DNA of 64,000 bases. It comes from a virus. Taxonomy: Duplodnaviria > Caudoviricetes. The position numbers were made by a program, and so were the translations under genes. Positions 22,842 through 33,989 of the stretch are shown here, piece by piece; position 1 is the stretch's first letter; each line of letters opens with the position of its first letter. The stretch lies in IMG/VR virus record IMGVR_UViG_3300028833_000053. The stretch is one strand, 5' to 3'. The notes under the pieces were generated by a model. It did no database searches and was not told the DNA's origin. It saw nothing but the letters and a program-made list of their open reading frames with translations.

Positions 22842-24824
22842 ATGATACCATACGGATAGAACCCACACGGACTTGAAGACAGGTTGTTGAGCTTTCATGT
22901 GTATACAGTTGAAAACGGCGTAGCAACTGAAGTGGCATCGGCATAGACCAAAAACCGCCTATATTGCCACGCGGTGTTTCCCGCTGAAATGCTGGCATAT
23001 GGACCCGAATGGGCAATAGCGTATGCACCAACGGCAGAATCATACAACGTCCTTCAAAAATACGTGACAAGGGATGAAGAGTGGCGTGACAACCCCCAAC
23101 AATATATGGTAATGGGAAACCAAGATTTTTACCTTGAAATGTTCTATAACTACGCCTATCCAGAATATGCCACTGTTGTCATATTGGACACGTCAGGAAG
23201 TATGAACAATCCCAGTTAGTATACATTCACCAGTCCAAACGTCAAAATTAAATTTGACTATGAACATGCAAAGAACATTGTGTCTGCTGCAATAAGTGAA
23301 TATGCTTGCTTCAAAGTAGACTCCATAGACTCCAAAATAATGATTTATTCAGGAACGTACATATCAAACTTGACATCCAATCTTATCGGTTCTTTGGACT
23401 TGAATTCAGCAAATTGGGCAGATATAATGGGGAAAGTAAGTCCACTTATAAACAGTGTCCCCAAAATAGGGGGTACGGAATCCATGGTCACCTGTTTCTA
23501 CCGGGCATTAATTGAACTACAGAATAGATGGCTTAAAGATTTGGAAATTGGTTCTGATGATCAAAAACTCAAAGGAATTACATTCATTGTCTTTTCGGAT
23601 GAATCGTTGTTCGGAGACAGTGTTGTTAATAACTATTCCGATTTGGTTCATAAAGAATCTGGAAAAGACCCAACATTTCCATGGTTTTATGATTGGCAAA
23701 AAAGAGAGGGAGGCACAAACAATAGATTTCCACATAGTAATTACGACAGCAGAGAAGGAAAAAAAGATTTCATTAATGGCATAACAAATGCCTTAAAGCA
23801 AATGTCATATTACTATGGCGTAAACATCAACTGGGCGTTGGTTCGTGGACCGACAGTGTATACATATAGACATAAGGCAACAGGTATATACCCAGACGGA
23901 TATGATACGGACACATCAAATACTCTTGGGAATTTTGATCAAACCGATTGGACTATGTTTGGAAACAATGGCATTGGTGGGGCGCGACCAACTTTTAACT
24001 GTCTACCATTTATTCATGTAAATTCAAATTACGTTCCTGCGGGTGCCCCAGTGTCATATTAGTGGATTATGCCTGGGTCATATCATGTAAATTCGCTTTA
24101 TATACCAATGTACAGAGTCATCGTTCAAACCCCAATTGGAGCAACAACGTCAATGAGCGTAATGACCTATGATGACCAATTTACCTCATATGCTACAATG
24201 AAATCCAAATGGCATGCAATAAATCAAATTTCCGCGTCGGGAAGTTTTCCAGGATTTTCCCAATATTGTGCATTTAGATTTATGGACACCGTTTATTCTG
24301 GAAACTACAACTTGAACACTGAAACCATTACACTTCCAACTGTCACCGGGGACGCTGGAGCAGTTTGGAAAATAATGTCCAGAACATCACCAAGGGCACT
24401 GGCACAGGGAACTACATATTAGTTGAATGTAAACGACACCGTTGACGGTGATACTTTCTGTTATAGATTCAGGTTGGCATATAAAATAAAACTTCACTTG
24501 AACCGTGCAAATACGGTATGGACATCAGAGGTTGGAACACTTGATTGGGAAAATAACAGAACGGTGCTTGCAGAATGGGGTCAACCATTCCCGACAATCC
24601 CGGGTGTAGCAGCATCGGATGGTGCAACCTTCAAAAACTGGATGATTTCGGGACTAGCACCATCCACAACTGAGGCCGGTTATACAAGTGACGCTTCGGG
24701 ATACTGTCATTTGGCAGATGGAAAAGCCCAACTCACTACATATTGGTACAATATGCGCAGAAACATTGACCTATGGGCGCAATGGATTGAGCCTGCGCCA
24801 CCACCTCCGCCACCTGCGGCTTAA
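22842..24824 (+). CDS. ~660-aa vWA-domain protein with C-terminal InlB-B-like repeat and poly-Pro tail
   Basis: GGAG RBS; frame runs through TAG at 22857, 22944, 23217, 24060, 24420 to TAA; ILDTSGSM, GGTE, IVFSDE; TFKNW..IDLWAQW. Confidence 0.8.
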
Positions 24825-24837
24825 TAACATAAATAAA

Positions 24838-24866
24838 CAAAACGGGTTGATTGAATCAACCCGTTA
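24838..24866. terminator. Terminator between convergent genes
   Basis: aacgggttgatt/aatcaacccgtt perfect inverted repeat. Confidence 0.8.
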
Positions 24867-24894
24867 ATGTTTTTGAAAGCAATTTCCAATTTAC

Positions 24895-25512
24895 TTACTT
24901 CTTTGCAGAAGTTTTCTTCTTGCCCTTGTAAACCTTCTCAACGGCTTCCTTCGCGGCCTTCTCTCCGGCCTCGTCAGCTTCCTTTGCCTTGGCAGCAGCG
25001 GCTTCCTTCTTCGCCTTTCTCTCGGCGCGGCGCTTGCGCTCCTGCTCCTTCTGGTCAAGCGAACCCGCAATGAGCTTGTTGATTTTCTCACCAAGACCCT
25101 TGGACTTCAAGTAGCCGTTGTCGTCGATGTCATTCGCGTAAAGCCGCTTGACGATGGCGTAGATGAGTCCAGTTTCCTTGTTGAACGGGTCCTTCTCGCA
25201 AGCCTTGACGCAAACCTTGCTTCCATCCTTGAACGTGACAATCGTTGCAGGATCGTTGAAGATAATCTGATCGATGTCGTCAAGGATGTTGAGACGTCCG
25301 ATTCTGTCGGACTTGCACCCACTTCCGCCGCAAGTGCAGGTATTTACCGGCTTCACTGTTGAAATTGAGCAACGTCCACTTGCGGGGCTTCTGCTGACCG
25401 CCACACCGTTGCCATTCCTGGAAGCATGAATGAGATCGTCGAGCACTGCGTCAAATACGCCTAATGCCGCCAAAAATTCCGGGCTTCCACATTCGTTGTT
25501 ATTGTATATCAT
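24895..25512 (-). CDS. Phage hypothetical protein
   Basis: IFNDPATIV..DGSK..D.F.KETGL.YAI.K motif; Lys/Ala-rich tail. Confidence 0.75.
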   Translation of the reverse strand: MIYNNNECGSPEFLAALGVFDAVLDDLIHASRNGNGVAVSRSPASGRCSISTVKPVNTCTCGGSGCKSDRIGRLNILDDIDQIIFNDPATIVTFKDGSKVCVKACEKDPFNKETGLIYAIVKRLYANDIDDNGYLKSKGLGEKINKLIAGSLDQKEQERKRRAERKAKKEAAAAKAKEADEAGEKAAKEAVEKVYKGKKKTSAKK

Positions 25513-25613
25513 GGTTATGTTTCCTTTTCTCTGTTAATTATATGGATGTCTACGCGCAATCCACAAACTGTCTTTGCTTTATTATACCACCATAGAGAAT
25601 TTTGGTAAAGTCT

Positions 25614-26336
25614 TTAACCGTTTTCAGTGTCCTCTATGATTTCCTCGTCCTCTTCGTCAATTTCCTGCATCAGTTTCAGCATGTCTATTGCACCGCTTTC
25701 CACCATACCGGGCGGCACGTCCTTTGCGTTCGTGACATCCTCGGCTTCCGCGGGGGTTGAATGCTGGCTGTTCCACTTCTCCATGTCAAGTTGGTATTTC
25801 CTCTCAAGGACTTCAAGCCTATGCTCTTGCTTCAACTGCTCCATCTTCACGTTGTCGAAGAACTTTATCCTTTGCTTGTAGAGCGAGGTGTATTCCGAAA
25901 TCAACTGACGAGTCTCGCCAATCAAGGAAGCTGCGGCCGCAACGGTCTCCGCATCCAAGACATCGCAACTTGAAATGATGCCATAGACGTTCGCTATCAT
26001 CTGCTTCGTGGTGTCCACCAAGTCCTCTATGGACTTGAAAGCGTTTTCCACGTTTACAAGATTGTCTATGCGGACGCTGGCGGACCCGTTTCCATCTTGG
26101 GAGTTCTGCTGGAGTTGGGTCTTGGCGTTGTCAATGACCTGGATGTTCTGTTGGAACTTCTCGTCGATTTCGTCAACCTTCGCCTTTGTCTCCTCAATGA
26201 GTTGCGTGGTCTGGTCAATGACGGACTGTGCGTCATCCACTGGGGAAGTCACTTCGTTCATGTAGTCGTCGAAGGACTGTCCTTCCTGGATTCCGAGAAG
26301 TTCGTTCAACCGGTCTTTGTTGATTTGCTCGGCCAT
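25614..26336 (-). CDS. Coiled-coil protein, possibly gp16-like small terminase
   Basis: Helical; DAETVAAAASLI loosely recalls the gp16 helix pair; coupled to gp55. Function is weak inference. Confidence 0.4.
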   Translation of the reverse strand: MAEQINKDRLNELLGIQEGQSFDDYMNEVTSPVDDAQSVIDQTTQLIEETKAKVDEIDEKFQQNIQVIDNAKTQLQQNSQDGNGSASVRIDNLVNVENAFKSIEDLVDTTKQMIANVYGIISSCDVLDAETVAAAASLIGETRQLISEYTSLYKQRIKFFDNVKMEQLKQEHRLEVLERKYQLDMEKWNSQHSTPAEAEDVTNAKDVPPGMVESGAIDMLKLMQEIDEEDEEIIEDTENG

Positions 26337-26980
26337 CAGTCCTCGTCGTAGTTGTCTTTCTTTCCGCTGTTGATTTCGGCGATGATGGAGTCCTTTTGCC
26401 TGCGCAGGAACTTCGCATCCTGCTCCGTAATCTGCTCGGAGCCAATCATCGTCTTGAGGAAGTTCATATATGATTTGTCAATGTTTATTGAGGGCATTTC
26501 CTCAACTGCGCGTTCAAGGTTTTCCTTCACCAGCTATCGCTTGAAGTTCAAGTCATTGTAGTAGTCCTTAAGATATGTCATTGCACATGACCAGCAAATC
26601 TATGTGAAGTACGCAAAGGGATTCGTGAACGCAAAGTTGTATTTTGGAAGCGCGTTTATGCATCGTATGCAGGATTGCCCTATGATGTCCTCTTTGATTT
26701 CCTTTGAATATCTAACGTAGTCTGGATGTCCCATGTAGTGAGTTGCAATGTCCAGAATCATCTTCCCAAGATATTCGGAGGGTTGGCGTTTGCTTTCGTC
26801 AGGATCGGAATCCCGCCACTTCTTCAGTTCTTCAAGCAAGTCCTTGTTGCTCACAAACGGCTTGCGTTTGGGGCGTGGATTCAATTTCTCCTGCTCCGCC
26901 CTCTGTTTCTATCGCAAAAGAGATTTTGCTAGGTTCTTTTTCTGGAATTCCTCCAGTGATTCGCTTTTCCTTCTTGGCAT
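26336..26980 (-). CDS. Late-transcription sigma factor, T4 gp55-like (214 aa)
   Basis: FVSNKDLLEEL, SEYLGKMILDIA, NPFAYFT[TAG]I; TAG at 26909, 26600, 26534; TGA at 26336. Confidence 0.9.
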
Positions 26981-27090
26981 TGTTTATGTTTCCTGTATTA
27001 TGTGGGACATTGACATTATTTGAATGGTCAAATATTGTAAATAATTCCCTTAATACGCGCTTCTTGCTGACAATTATACAGGAAATTGAA

Positions 27091-27501
27091 TTAGAAAATG
27101 CTGCGCACCTTGTGCTGGGGCTTGGATTCGATGTACGTTTCGTCAATGGTTTGGGTTTGGTTCTTCGGCTCGTCTATGTTGTAGTCCGTCCTGTGCTTGA
27201 CTTTCTTCGTCTGGGTCTTCACAACATTGAACCTTCTTGGCAACGTCAGCTTTGACAAATCGTGCTTCACACGGTATCTTGCAAGTTCATGTGCAGGGTT
27301 CACCTCCACTTTGCATACGCGCCTTTTTATCCTGTGGTTGAAGCGAATGGCGTTTACCAAGGTTTCCATGTTGGGAATGTCAACAGGCGTGTCGCCCTCG
27401 TTTTGCACAAGGCCGCCTTTATCGCCGCAAATGATTATGGTGACTCTATCAGAACTTGTTCTCGAAGTCTTGTTTCGCTTCTGCTTTCGCCTTTGCTTCA
27501 T
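27091..27501 (-). CDS. Basic hypothetical protein
   Basis: Arg/Lys-rich ORF ending in TAA; start uncertain, overlaps upstream gene end. Confidence 0.5.
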   Translation of the reverse strand: MKQRRKQKRNKTSRTSSDRVTIIICGDKGGLVQNEGDTPVDIPNMETLVNAIRFNHRIKRRVCKVEVNPAHELARYRVKHDLSKLTLPRRFNVVKTQTKKVKHRTDYNIDEPKNQTQTIDETYIESKPQHKVRSIF

Positions 27502-28669
27502 TGTATTTCTTTCCCTCTTGAATTGCAAATTCCGCCCTTGTTTCCAAAAGTTCGGGATCCTCATCTGGATATTTCTACTTTAATGCCACTTCAAGTCTTT
27601 TCTACGCCAATTTGTCGTTTTTCCCCCACAAAGGACTGTTCAAGATTTCCGCTGCCATTTTGTCGTCATCGTCATAGTCGTTTTCGTCAAATTCCTCGTC
27701 CTCATCTTCTTCCTCATCGTCCTCGTCCTCTTCATCCTCATCTTCTTCGTCATAGTCCTCGTCATCGTAGTCATCATACCAATCATCATCCTCGTCCCAC
27801 GGATATTCCTCATCCTCGTCATACTCATCATCTTCATCCCACGGATATTCATCATCGTCATACTCGTCATACTCATCGTCATAGTCATCATCATAGGGAT
27901 CGTCGTAATCTTCTTCGTCCTCATCATCTTCGTAATCGTCATCTTCCCAATCATCTGGATCATACGGCTCTTCATCTTCCGTTGGCTGCTTTGCGCCCTC
28001 TTCCTTTGCAAAGTCCTGTGCAGCCTGGTCATCCGCCTTGCCGCAGTCATATGAGATATGCGTAAACGAACCCGTCAAGTCGAATTCCACGAAACCCGTT
28101 CCGTCTTGAGTCAATTCAACGTCGCCAATTGAAGTTGGATGAAAGTTGTGTATTATCCAATGGTGATGCGTTGCGTCATCCGGTTTGTTCCTCAACCTTA
28201 TTTCCAAAATGTCCTCGTCAGGACTCAAGTTGTATTGGTTGCCGATTGTAGCCCTGGGGTCGCCGGCGACCAATGGATGACCCGTCTGCAAAACCATGTT
28301 GCGCAAGTCGTAGTAGTGGAAACCCTCTTTGTCCGCAATGATGGTCATGGTAATATCCGTGTTCTCATACATAATGTGCGTGGGAATGGATATTGTGAAC
28401 CCGGCATGTGAGAGTTCAAGGGTGTTTACTGAAACCCCGGGAATGGTCACGTTCTTGGCGAAGAATATGGTTCTCGGCCAACGGCTCCAAACAAGTTCGT
28501 ACTTGCACTGGACTATGGGTTGGGACAAGTTGAAAGCGTCAAGGTACGTCTGGAGGTTGGGCTTTCCATCCTACCATCCAGGATATTTGGACTCCGACCC
28601 GCGTTCAACTTCGTTGTACTCAAGGTAGTCCTTTCTGCTGTATCCTTCGTCGTTTTCCTCTATTGCCAT
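27449..28669 (-). CDS. Tail-tube-fold (gp19 paralog) protein with acidic tract (~406 aa)
   Basis: NVTIPG, FHPTSIGDVEL, VEFDLT tube motifs; TAG at 28571, 27602, 27575; TGA 27449. Confidence 0.75.
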
Positions 28670-28696
28670 GGTTTTCAACTCCCTTGTTTAATCGCA

Positions 28697-28726
28697 AAGG
28701 GATGGAGATTTTCTTCTCCATCCCTT
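28697..28726 (-). terminator. Hairpin after tail tube gene (terminator or attenuator)
   Basis: aagggatggaga/tctccatccctt perfect stem. Confidence 0.7.
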
Positions 28727-28770
28727 CACCATTGCAAACCAAAAGAATGGCTATCTCAATGAACGCCAGA

Positions 28771-29514
28771 TTAGTAGTTTGCAGCAACACCACCGCCGGC
28801 GCCAAACTGTGACGCGAACGCGGTAGTGCCTCTATTGCCCTGTCCAGGAGACATTGGGTCTTCGGTTGCGATGTCCATTTCGCCATCGCCATTCGCCTTT
28901 CCGAGCTTGTTGTTTCTGCTCGTGTCGTCGTTCTTCTGGCCGATAGGCGTACCGGCGGACTGCTCCCAATAGACGGACTTGAAGTCAACGGAGAAGGTGG
29001 AAATACCACCAGCGGTGTTGGAAAGTTCAAGACCACCAACCTTGGTCACTCTCGTGCCGTGGATTAGCGTGGATTCAACAACGTCTTGGTAGTTTGGAGC
29101 AAGCAAGTCAACCTGAATCCAAGGCTCGTTGTCTCCGCCGGAGCCAAGCCTTGTAGGACGCCTGTTCGCCTCAAAGTAAGAACCATCCGTGATGTCGGGG
29201 TTGATGCAAGCAGCCTGCCAGTCAAGCATTGCGCGGCGAAGGTCGCCACGGACGTCTGCATACACCGTGATGGAATGATCCTGTCCCATGTCAATCGTCG
29301 TTGGAACCGGAATCTTGTAGGCGCGATACTGCAAGTCCTCGAAGTTCACGGTTCTGTCGGGAAGCGTGAAAGCGTTTCCATAAACCTGCATTCTCTCCAG
29401 AGTCGTGTCAATCACAGCAAAGCCGCTGTGGAACTTGATTTCGTACATTGTCTATGTACGGACTTGGTCTTCGTTGAACAGCGTTATCGCTTGTGTCAGA
29501 TTGTAATTTGCCAT
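28771..29514 (-). CDS. Tail tube protein, gp19-like (247 aa)
   Basis: FTLPDR, HSITVYAD, DWQ, VGGLELS, TFSVDF..YWE; GAGG RBS; TAG at codon 21; two GTAAATA upstream. Confidence 0.85.
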
Positions 29515-29664
29515 GTTTCTGTTACCTCAAATAAAACTGTAGTTTGTTCGTTTGGTATTATTTACAATTTTCCGTTTGGTTTTCGTGGATCGGACATTTC
29601 CTATCCCATCACAGTTTTTATTTACAAACATTTGACGAAAATTGAAGGATTGGTAAATACCAGT

Positions 29665-30522
29665 ATGGCAACATCAGACGACACAGATTCTGGGCTTACA
29701 ACAAAGTTGGATGGAAAATACCTCTTGGTGTCCGATTCAAACGAAATCGGAAACCAATATGACTCCAAAAAACTGTCCAAAGCGGATTTGGTTAACATTG
29801 CGGAAGACAACTTGTTCAAGAGACATCTTGACATAATGTCGCAATACCTGACCAAAACCCAATACCAGACATACAAGGGAATCATAGACGAAAAGCTGCA
29901 ATTGCAACTGGACTTGTGGGACGCTCTCAAAGCCCAAGAGTGGAGTGGAAAGTTCACGGCGGTTGACGGTCAGATTATATTGATTAACGTTGATGAATTC
30001 AACAAACTGAACAAAGCGCGTATGGAATCAGATCCACCCAAAACGGCCTTCACGCCAATGCAATACATCAGAGAATGTTGGCACATAACTTCGGAATACA
30101 GCATAACCCAGTTGAAGGATTGCATGTTGAGGGGAATAACGCAAGTTGACTCACAGACAAAAGAACAAGTCATAAAGACGGGAAACGACAAGATTGGTCT
30201 TAAGGAAGTCAACATACCTCCACACATGCACCATAGCAGCATAACCACAAACGCAAACATCAGAAGCATGGAAGGAAGTGAAGAGCCAACCGACAAGACA
30301 AGGTTGGTGAACGAGGCGTTCGCCTATGACTTGTTCTACAACGATTCATTCGCAACGGGAGTTGACTTCAATGAATTGAATGGTGAGATTGACACGTTCA
30401 ACGTAAAGAACACTGGAATAACGTCAGGTGGACAAGACGAAACACCAAGACTTGACCACAACAACTTGCCAAGGTACACCAAATACTACGCCTTTGTCAT
30501 TCACAAAGGCTCTAATACTTGA
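29665..30522 (+). CDS. Baseplate/short-fibre protein with collar-like C-terminus
   Basis: LKEVNIPPHMH and HNNLPRY motifs; GTAAATA 29653-29659. Confidence 0.7.
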   Translation: MATSDDTDSGLTTKLDGKYLLVSDSNEIGNQYDSKKLSKADLVNIAEDNLFKRHLDIMSQYLTKTQYQTYKGIIDEKLQLQLDLWDALKAQEWSGKFTAVDGQIILINVDEFNKLNKARMESDPPKTAFTPMQYIRECWHITSEYSITQLKDCMLRGITQVDSQTKEQVIKTGNDKIGLKEVNIPPHMHHSSITTNANIRSMEGSEEPTDKTRLVNEAFAYDLFYNDSFATGVDFNELNGEIDTFNVKNTGITSGGQDETPRLDHNNLPRYTKYYAFVIHKGSNT

Positions 30523-30523
30523 T

Positions 30524-31453
30524 TCATTCCCAGGTGCGCAACTTGTAGAACTCGTCAACAACCGCTTGGCTCAATTCAACAGGAATGTTCTTGAAGTCAA
30601 TCAACTTTGAATTCAACAAGAACCTTTGTGCCACCTCTGGCTCTTCGTGAAGCATCTTCTTGAACTCGTCTGTTTTCTCCGTAATGTACTTCAACGCCCG
30701 AATCTCACCAATCTTCGGCTTGATGGGCTTGATGTTGTCCGAGTTGTCCCCGGAGATTATCTTCACCATCAACGCCTGTTGCGGCGTGATGCTTATGACT
30801 TCATTTCCTTTTTTGATTTTGGGAACAACCATTTCCCCATGCGCCCCATACTGGGTAACCGGGCGGTCAATCTGGAGTTGGATGAAGTCGCGGTCGGATG
30901 AAATGAGGATGATTCTCTCGTATTCCTCTCCGATTCTCTCGCTCCTTGCAATTGACGCAATAACGTCGTCGCCTTCCGCACCGATTACTGCAAGTTGCAT
31001 CGTATGTTCGCCAAAGATGGAAGGGAACACGTTGGCGTAGAGTTCATCAAACACGGGACCAATCTTGTACTGGCTTCTCTTGGCACGTTGGATTTTCCTT
31101 GCCAACTTGTACTCTGGATAAAGCCCATATCTGAACGATTTTGTCAGCCTTGAATCCTTTGCTATGATGGTGTCAACGAGAAAGCTGTTGGGATATAGAA
31201 GTCCCGTGTTGTTCTCTATGATGTTGGCTATGCCATTCAACTTGTCAACCGCCGCGTTGTACAAGCACTTCTTGAACCATTGGCTTTCGTTCACGATGTC
31301 CGGGAGATTGTCCTGGTCCGTCTCGTCCGGTGGACGTATGATGCATGTGTCAAGACTTTGGTACTGTTCGCTCCAAGTCTTGAACGCCCTGTAGTTCACG
31401 ACAAACGACAGAAAACTGCCGTCTATCAACAATAAAACCTTTTTCACTGTCAT
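30524..31453 (-). CDS. rnh: 5'-3' exonuclease, T4 RNase H-like
   Basis: LLIDG, YPEYK..R, EGDDVIA, ISSDRDFIQL, GDNSDNI. Confidence 0.92.
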   Translation of the reverse strand: MTVKKVLLLIDGSFLSFVVNYRAFKTWSEQYQSLDTCIIRPPDETDQDNLPDIVNESQWFKKCLYNAAVDKLNGIANIIENNTGLLYPNSFLVDTIIAKDSRLTKSFRYGLYPEYKLARKIQRAKRSQYKIGPVFDELYANVFPSIFGEHTMQLAVIGAEGDDVIASIARSERIGEEYERIILISSDRDFIQLQIDRPVTQYGAHGEMVVPKIKKGNEVISITPQQALMVKIISGDNSDNIKPIKPKIGEIRALKYITEKTDEFKKMLHEEPEVAQRFLLNSKLIDFKNIPVELSQAVVDEFYKLRTWE

Positions 31454-31568
31454 TGGTAGTAAAACCTCATATAATCTTTACATAAATTATACCACATTCT
31501 AGGGCATTTGTACATCTTTGGGGATTTTGGTAAATAAACTGTGAAAACTCAACAGAGGGAAACAAAAC

Positions 31569-32420
31569 ATGAAACTGATAAATGCCATAATAGGGTTCTT
31601 CAAGGGTTTGTTCGGAAAGAAAACTGACGAAAACGATGGGGAATGCCTGAATTGCGAGGAAAAAGACGTGTGCCAGACAACAGATAAAAGCAAGAAATAT
31701 GCCTTGATTGTTGGAATGGAAACATCCAAATGGGGTGCTTGCCCGGGTTCCGACAAGGACTCCAGCGTTATGTACGGACTGGTTTCACAGTACGTCAACA
31801 ACGACCACATAATCAAAATCAACAACAAGTTGGCAACAACCGAGAACGTCAGGCAGTCATTGGAGGATCAAATAGCCAAGGTTCCGGAAGATGGTTTGTT
31901 CATCTTCACGTATTCGGGACACGGTGGACAGTACAACCAGTCAAACGATGCCAAGAACGAAACCGATGGACGTGACGAGTTCCTTTGTCTCTACGATGGT
32001 GCGCTGATTGACAACGACCTTTGGGACATCTTCAACAAGTGCAAGGGACGCATTTTCGTGGTGTTTGACTGCTGCCATTCCGGCACGATGTACAGACTTC
32101 CATCCGAAAACGGGGCAACCGGCGACGAGGCGGAAGACCGCATTCCTCTTGAAAAGCCATTCTTCTCAAAGTACGAAAACGTCCGCGCCGGAATCAAGAT
32201 GCTTGTGGTTTCCGGATGCGGAGAGGAAACGGTCTCTTGGGGAGATTCAGTGAACGGCGGCGTCTTGACGGCTGCCATGAAGAAGAACTTCAACAAGTGC
32301 CTGACCTACCGCGAGTGGTGGAACAAGTTCAAGAAGGAAAGCACCTTCAAGAAGGTGAAGCAGGTTCCAATCTGCACGAACGTTGGCGGATTCGACTTGA
32401 ACGCCAGGATATTCAACTGA
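31569..32420 (+). CDS. Metacaspase, peptidase C14
   Basis: KYALIVG, YSGHGGQ, ETDGRDE, FDCCHSG (His-Cys dyad), GGVLT. Confidence 0.9.
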   Translation: MKLINAIIGFFKGLFGKKTDENDGECLNCEEKDVCQTTDKSKKYALIVGMETSKWGACPGSDKDSSVMYGLVSQYVNNDHIIKINNKLATTENVRQSLEDQIAKVPEDGLFIFTYSGHGGQYNQSNDAKNETDGRDEFLCLYDGALIDNDLWDIFNKCKGRIFVVFDCCHSGTMYRLPSENGATGDEAEDRIPLEKPFFSKYENVRAGIKMLVVSGCGEETVSWGDSVNGGVLTAAMKKNFNKCLTYREWWNKFKKESTFKKVKQVPICTNVGGFDLNARIFN

Positions 32421-32436
32421 GAAAGGTGGTAGTCAA

Positions 32437-33984
32437 GTGGCAGAGACGGTCATATAGTCAACAAGGGATCAATACGATGAAGAAGACGAAGTTGTGCCAG
32501 AGAAAGTCAAATGGCGCGACTACAAGGAGTATGAAAAGGAGCGTTTTCTTCGTTGGTTTGGAACCGATTACGTCCCTGCCCTTGACTTGGACAACATAAC
32601 AAAAAAGACGTTATGCTCCATTCCCAAGATGTCCAACGACATCCAAAGCGACACGTTCAGCGAAGATGCAAGGAACTTGATAAGTGAAACTTCGGACCTC
32701 ACCCGGGCGAACATAGACAACTCAACTTCACAGTCACTGCTTTCCCTTGCCACAAAGTCAACTCTCAACGTCATAAACAAGGACGATGGGCAATACCTGA
32801 GAATGGTGGTGAGCGGTCACCAACAAACCGCCGGCGTTGCATTTCACCTTACGGGCAAAATGCAAAATGTCATCCAGGACATGAACCACTACGCAAACAC
32901 ATGGATGTTGATTCAAAAAGCCTATCAGTGCATCTGCCTTGAAATGCTTTTCTTGAACGTCACAACCACGTTGGCGCCGAACGTAGTTCAAATATGGGAC
33001 AAAATTGGACAATACATGGGGGATGACGATGACTACATTCCGAAGGATTGGTATACAATCAAATCATATTTGGAACCGCTTCAAACCCCAACGTTCCTGG
33101 ACTTGTTGAGATTCAGGCAGCTTGACATTGAAACCATCATTGAGAAGGTCAACTACCAGATGCTGAAGAGAAGGGCGTTCCTTCTTGGCATATCGGATAA
33201 ACGTAACAGGTTGGAGGAAGATTCAGATGGTGAATGGACGGAAATAGAAGATAGTTATTATTCCAGAGAAGAATTCCTCAGATTGTTCATCAACGATGAG
33301 GACTTGATAACGCAATTGAAGAATATGTTGGGAGACATAATCTACTACAACACCTACCTTGACCACTACATATACAAGTACATGGAGGACGACAACCAGG
33401 ACAAGCCAATGTGGTATGCCAACATTCCCTTGGCGGAAGAGCAGATAAAGGTGTTGATTATAGAGCCGTTGGACAGAATATATGGAAGAAGCTACACGGC
33501 GGACGAGATTGAAGAACGTAAGAAATACAACGTGTCGTTTGATGATGTCACTGTGGATGAATTGAGAACCACCATCATGACGTTGAACACCTTGATTGTC
33601 AGACTTCCAACGGACACCTACCAAAACAAGATCGCCAGCCGCCACATATTCCAAGACTGGAAAAAGTTTGTCGATGGGAGCGTCAAGAAGATGGTGGCGA
33701 ACGGAGAAAAATACCTCAATCCCGAAACAACCCCCGAAGAAAAAGAAGAACTTGAACCAAAGTGCCTTTTTGTGGAATGGGAAACAAAAGACGGTAAACG
33801 TGTATGGAAAACAGAAACTGGAAATGGAACAGATGGACTGCCTCACCCATACACTGAACTATATGTTGATTCGTTAAAAACCGAAAAACTCATCGACTAT
33901 TCATATTGCATCGAGGAAGGAAAAGTAGTCCACGATAGATGGGACTATTGGGAGGCGAACAAGGACTTCAAACGTCCAGAATGA
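32437..33984 (+). CDS. Hypothetical protein (~515 aa)
   Basis: GTG 32437 after AAAGGTGG; TAG at codon 7. Confidence 0.7.
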
Positions 33985-33989
33985 TGCAA

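Noticed and set aside
27036-27042. Plus-strand GTAAATA upstream of gp55
   Set aside because: Points at no plus-strand gene; may be chance or a minus-strand TTTACA -35, and no clean -10 was found
29086-29664. N-terminal 193 aa of the track's 478-aa ORF
   Set aside because: Overlaps gp19 antisense and a promoter region; the real start is ATG 29665 after GTAAATA
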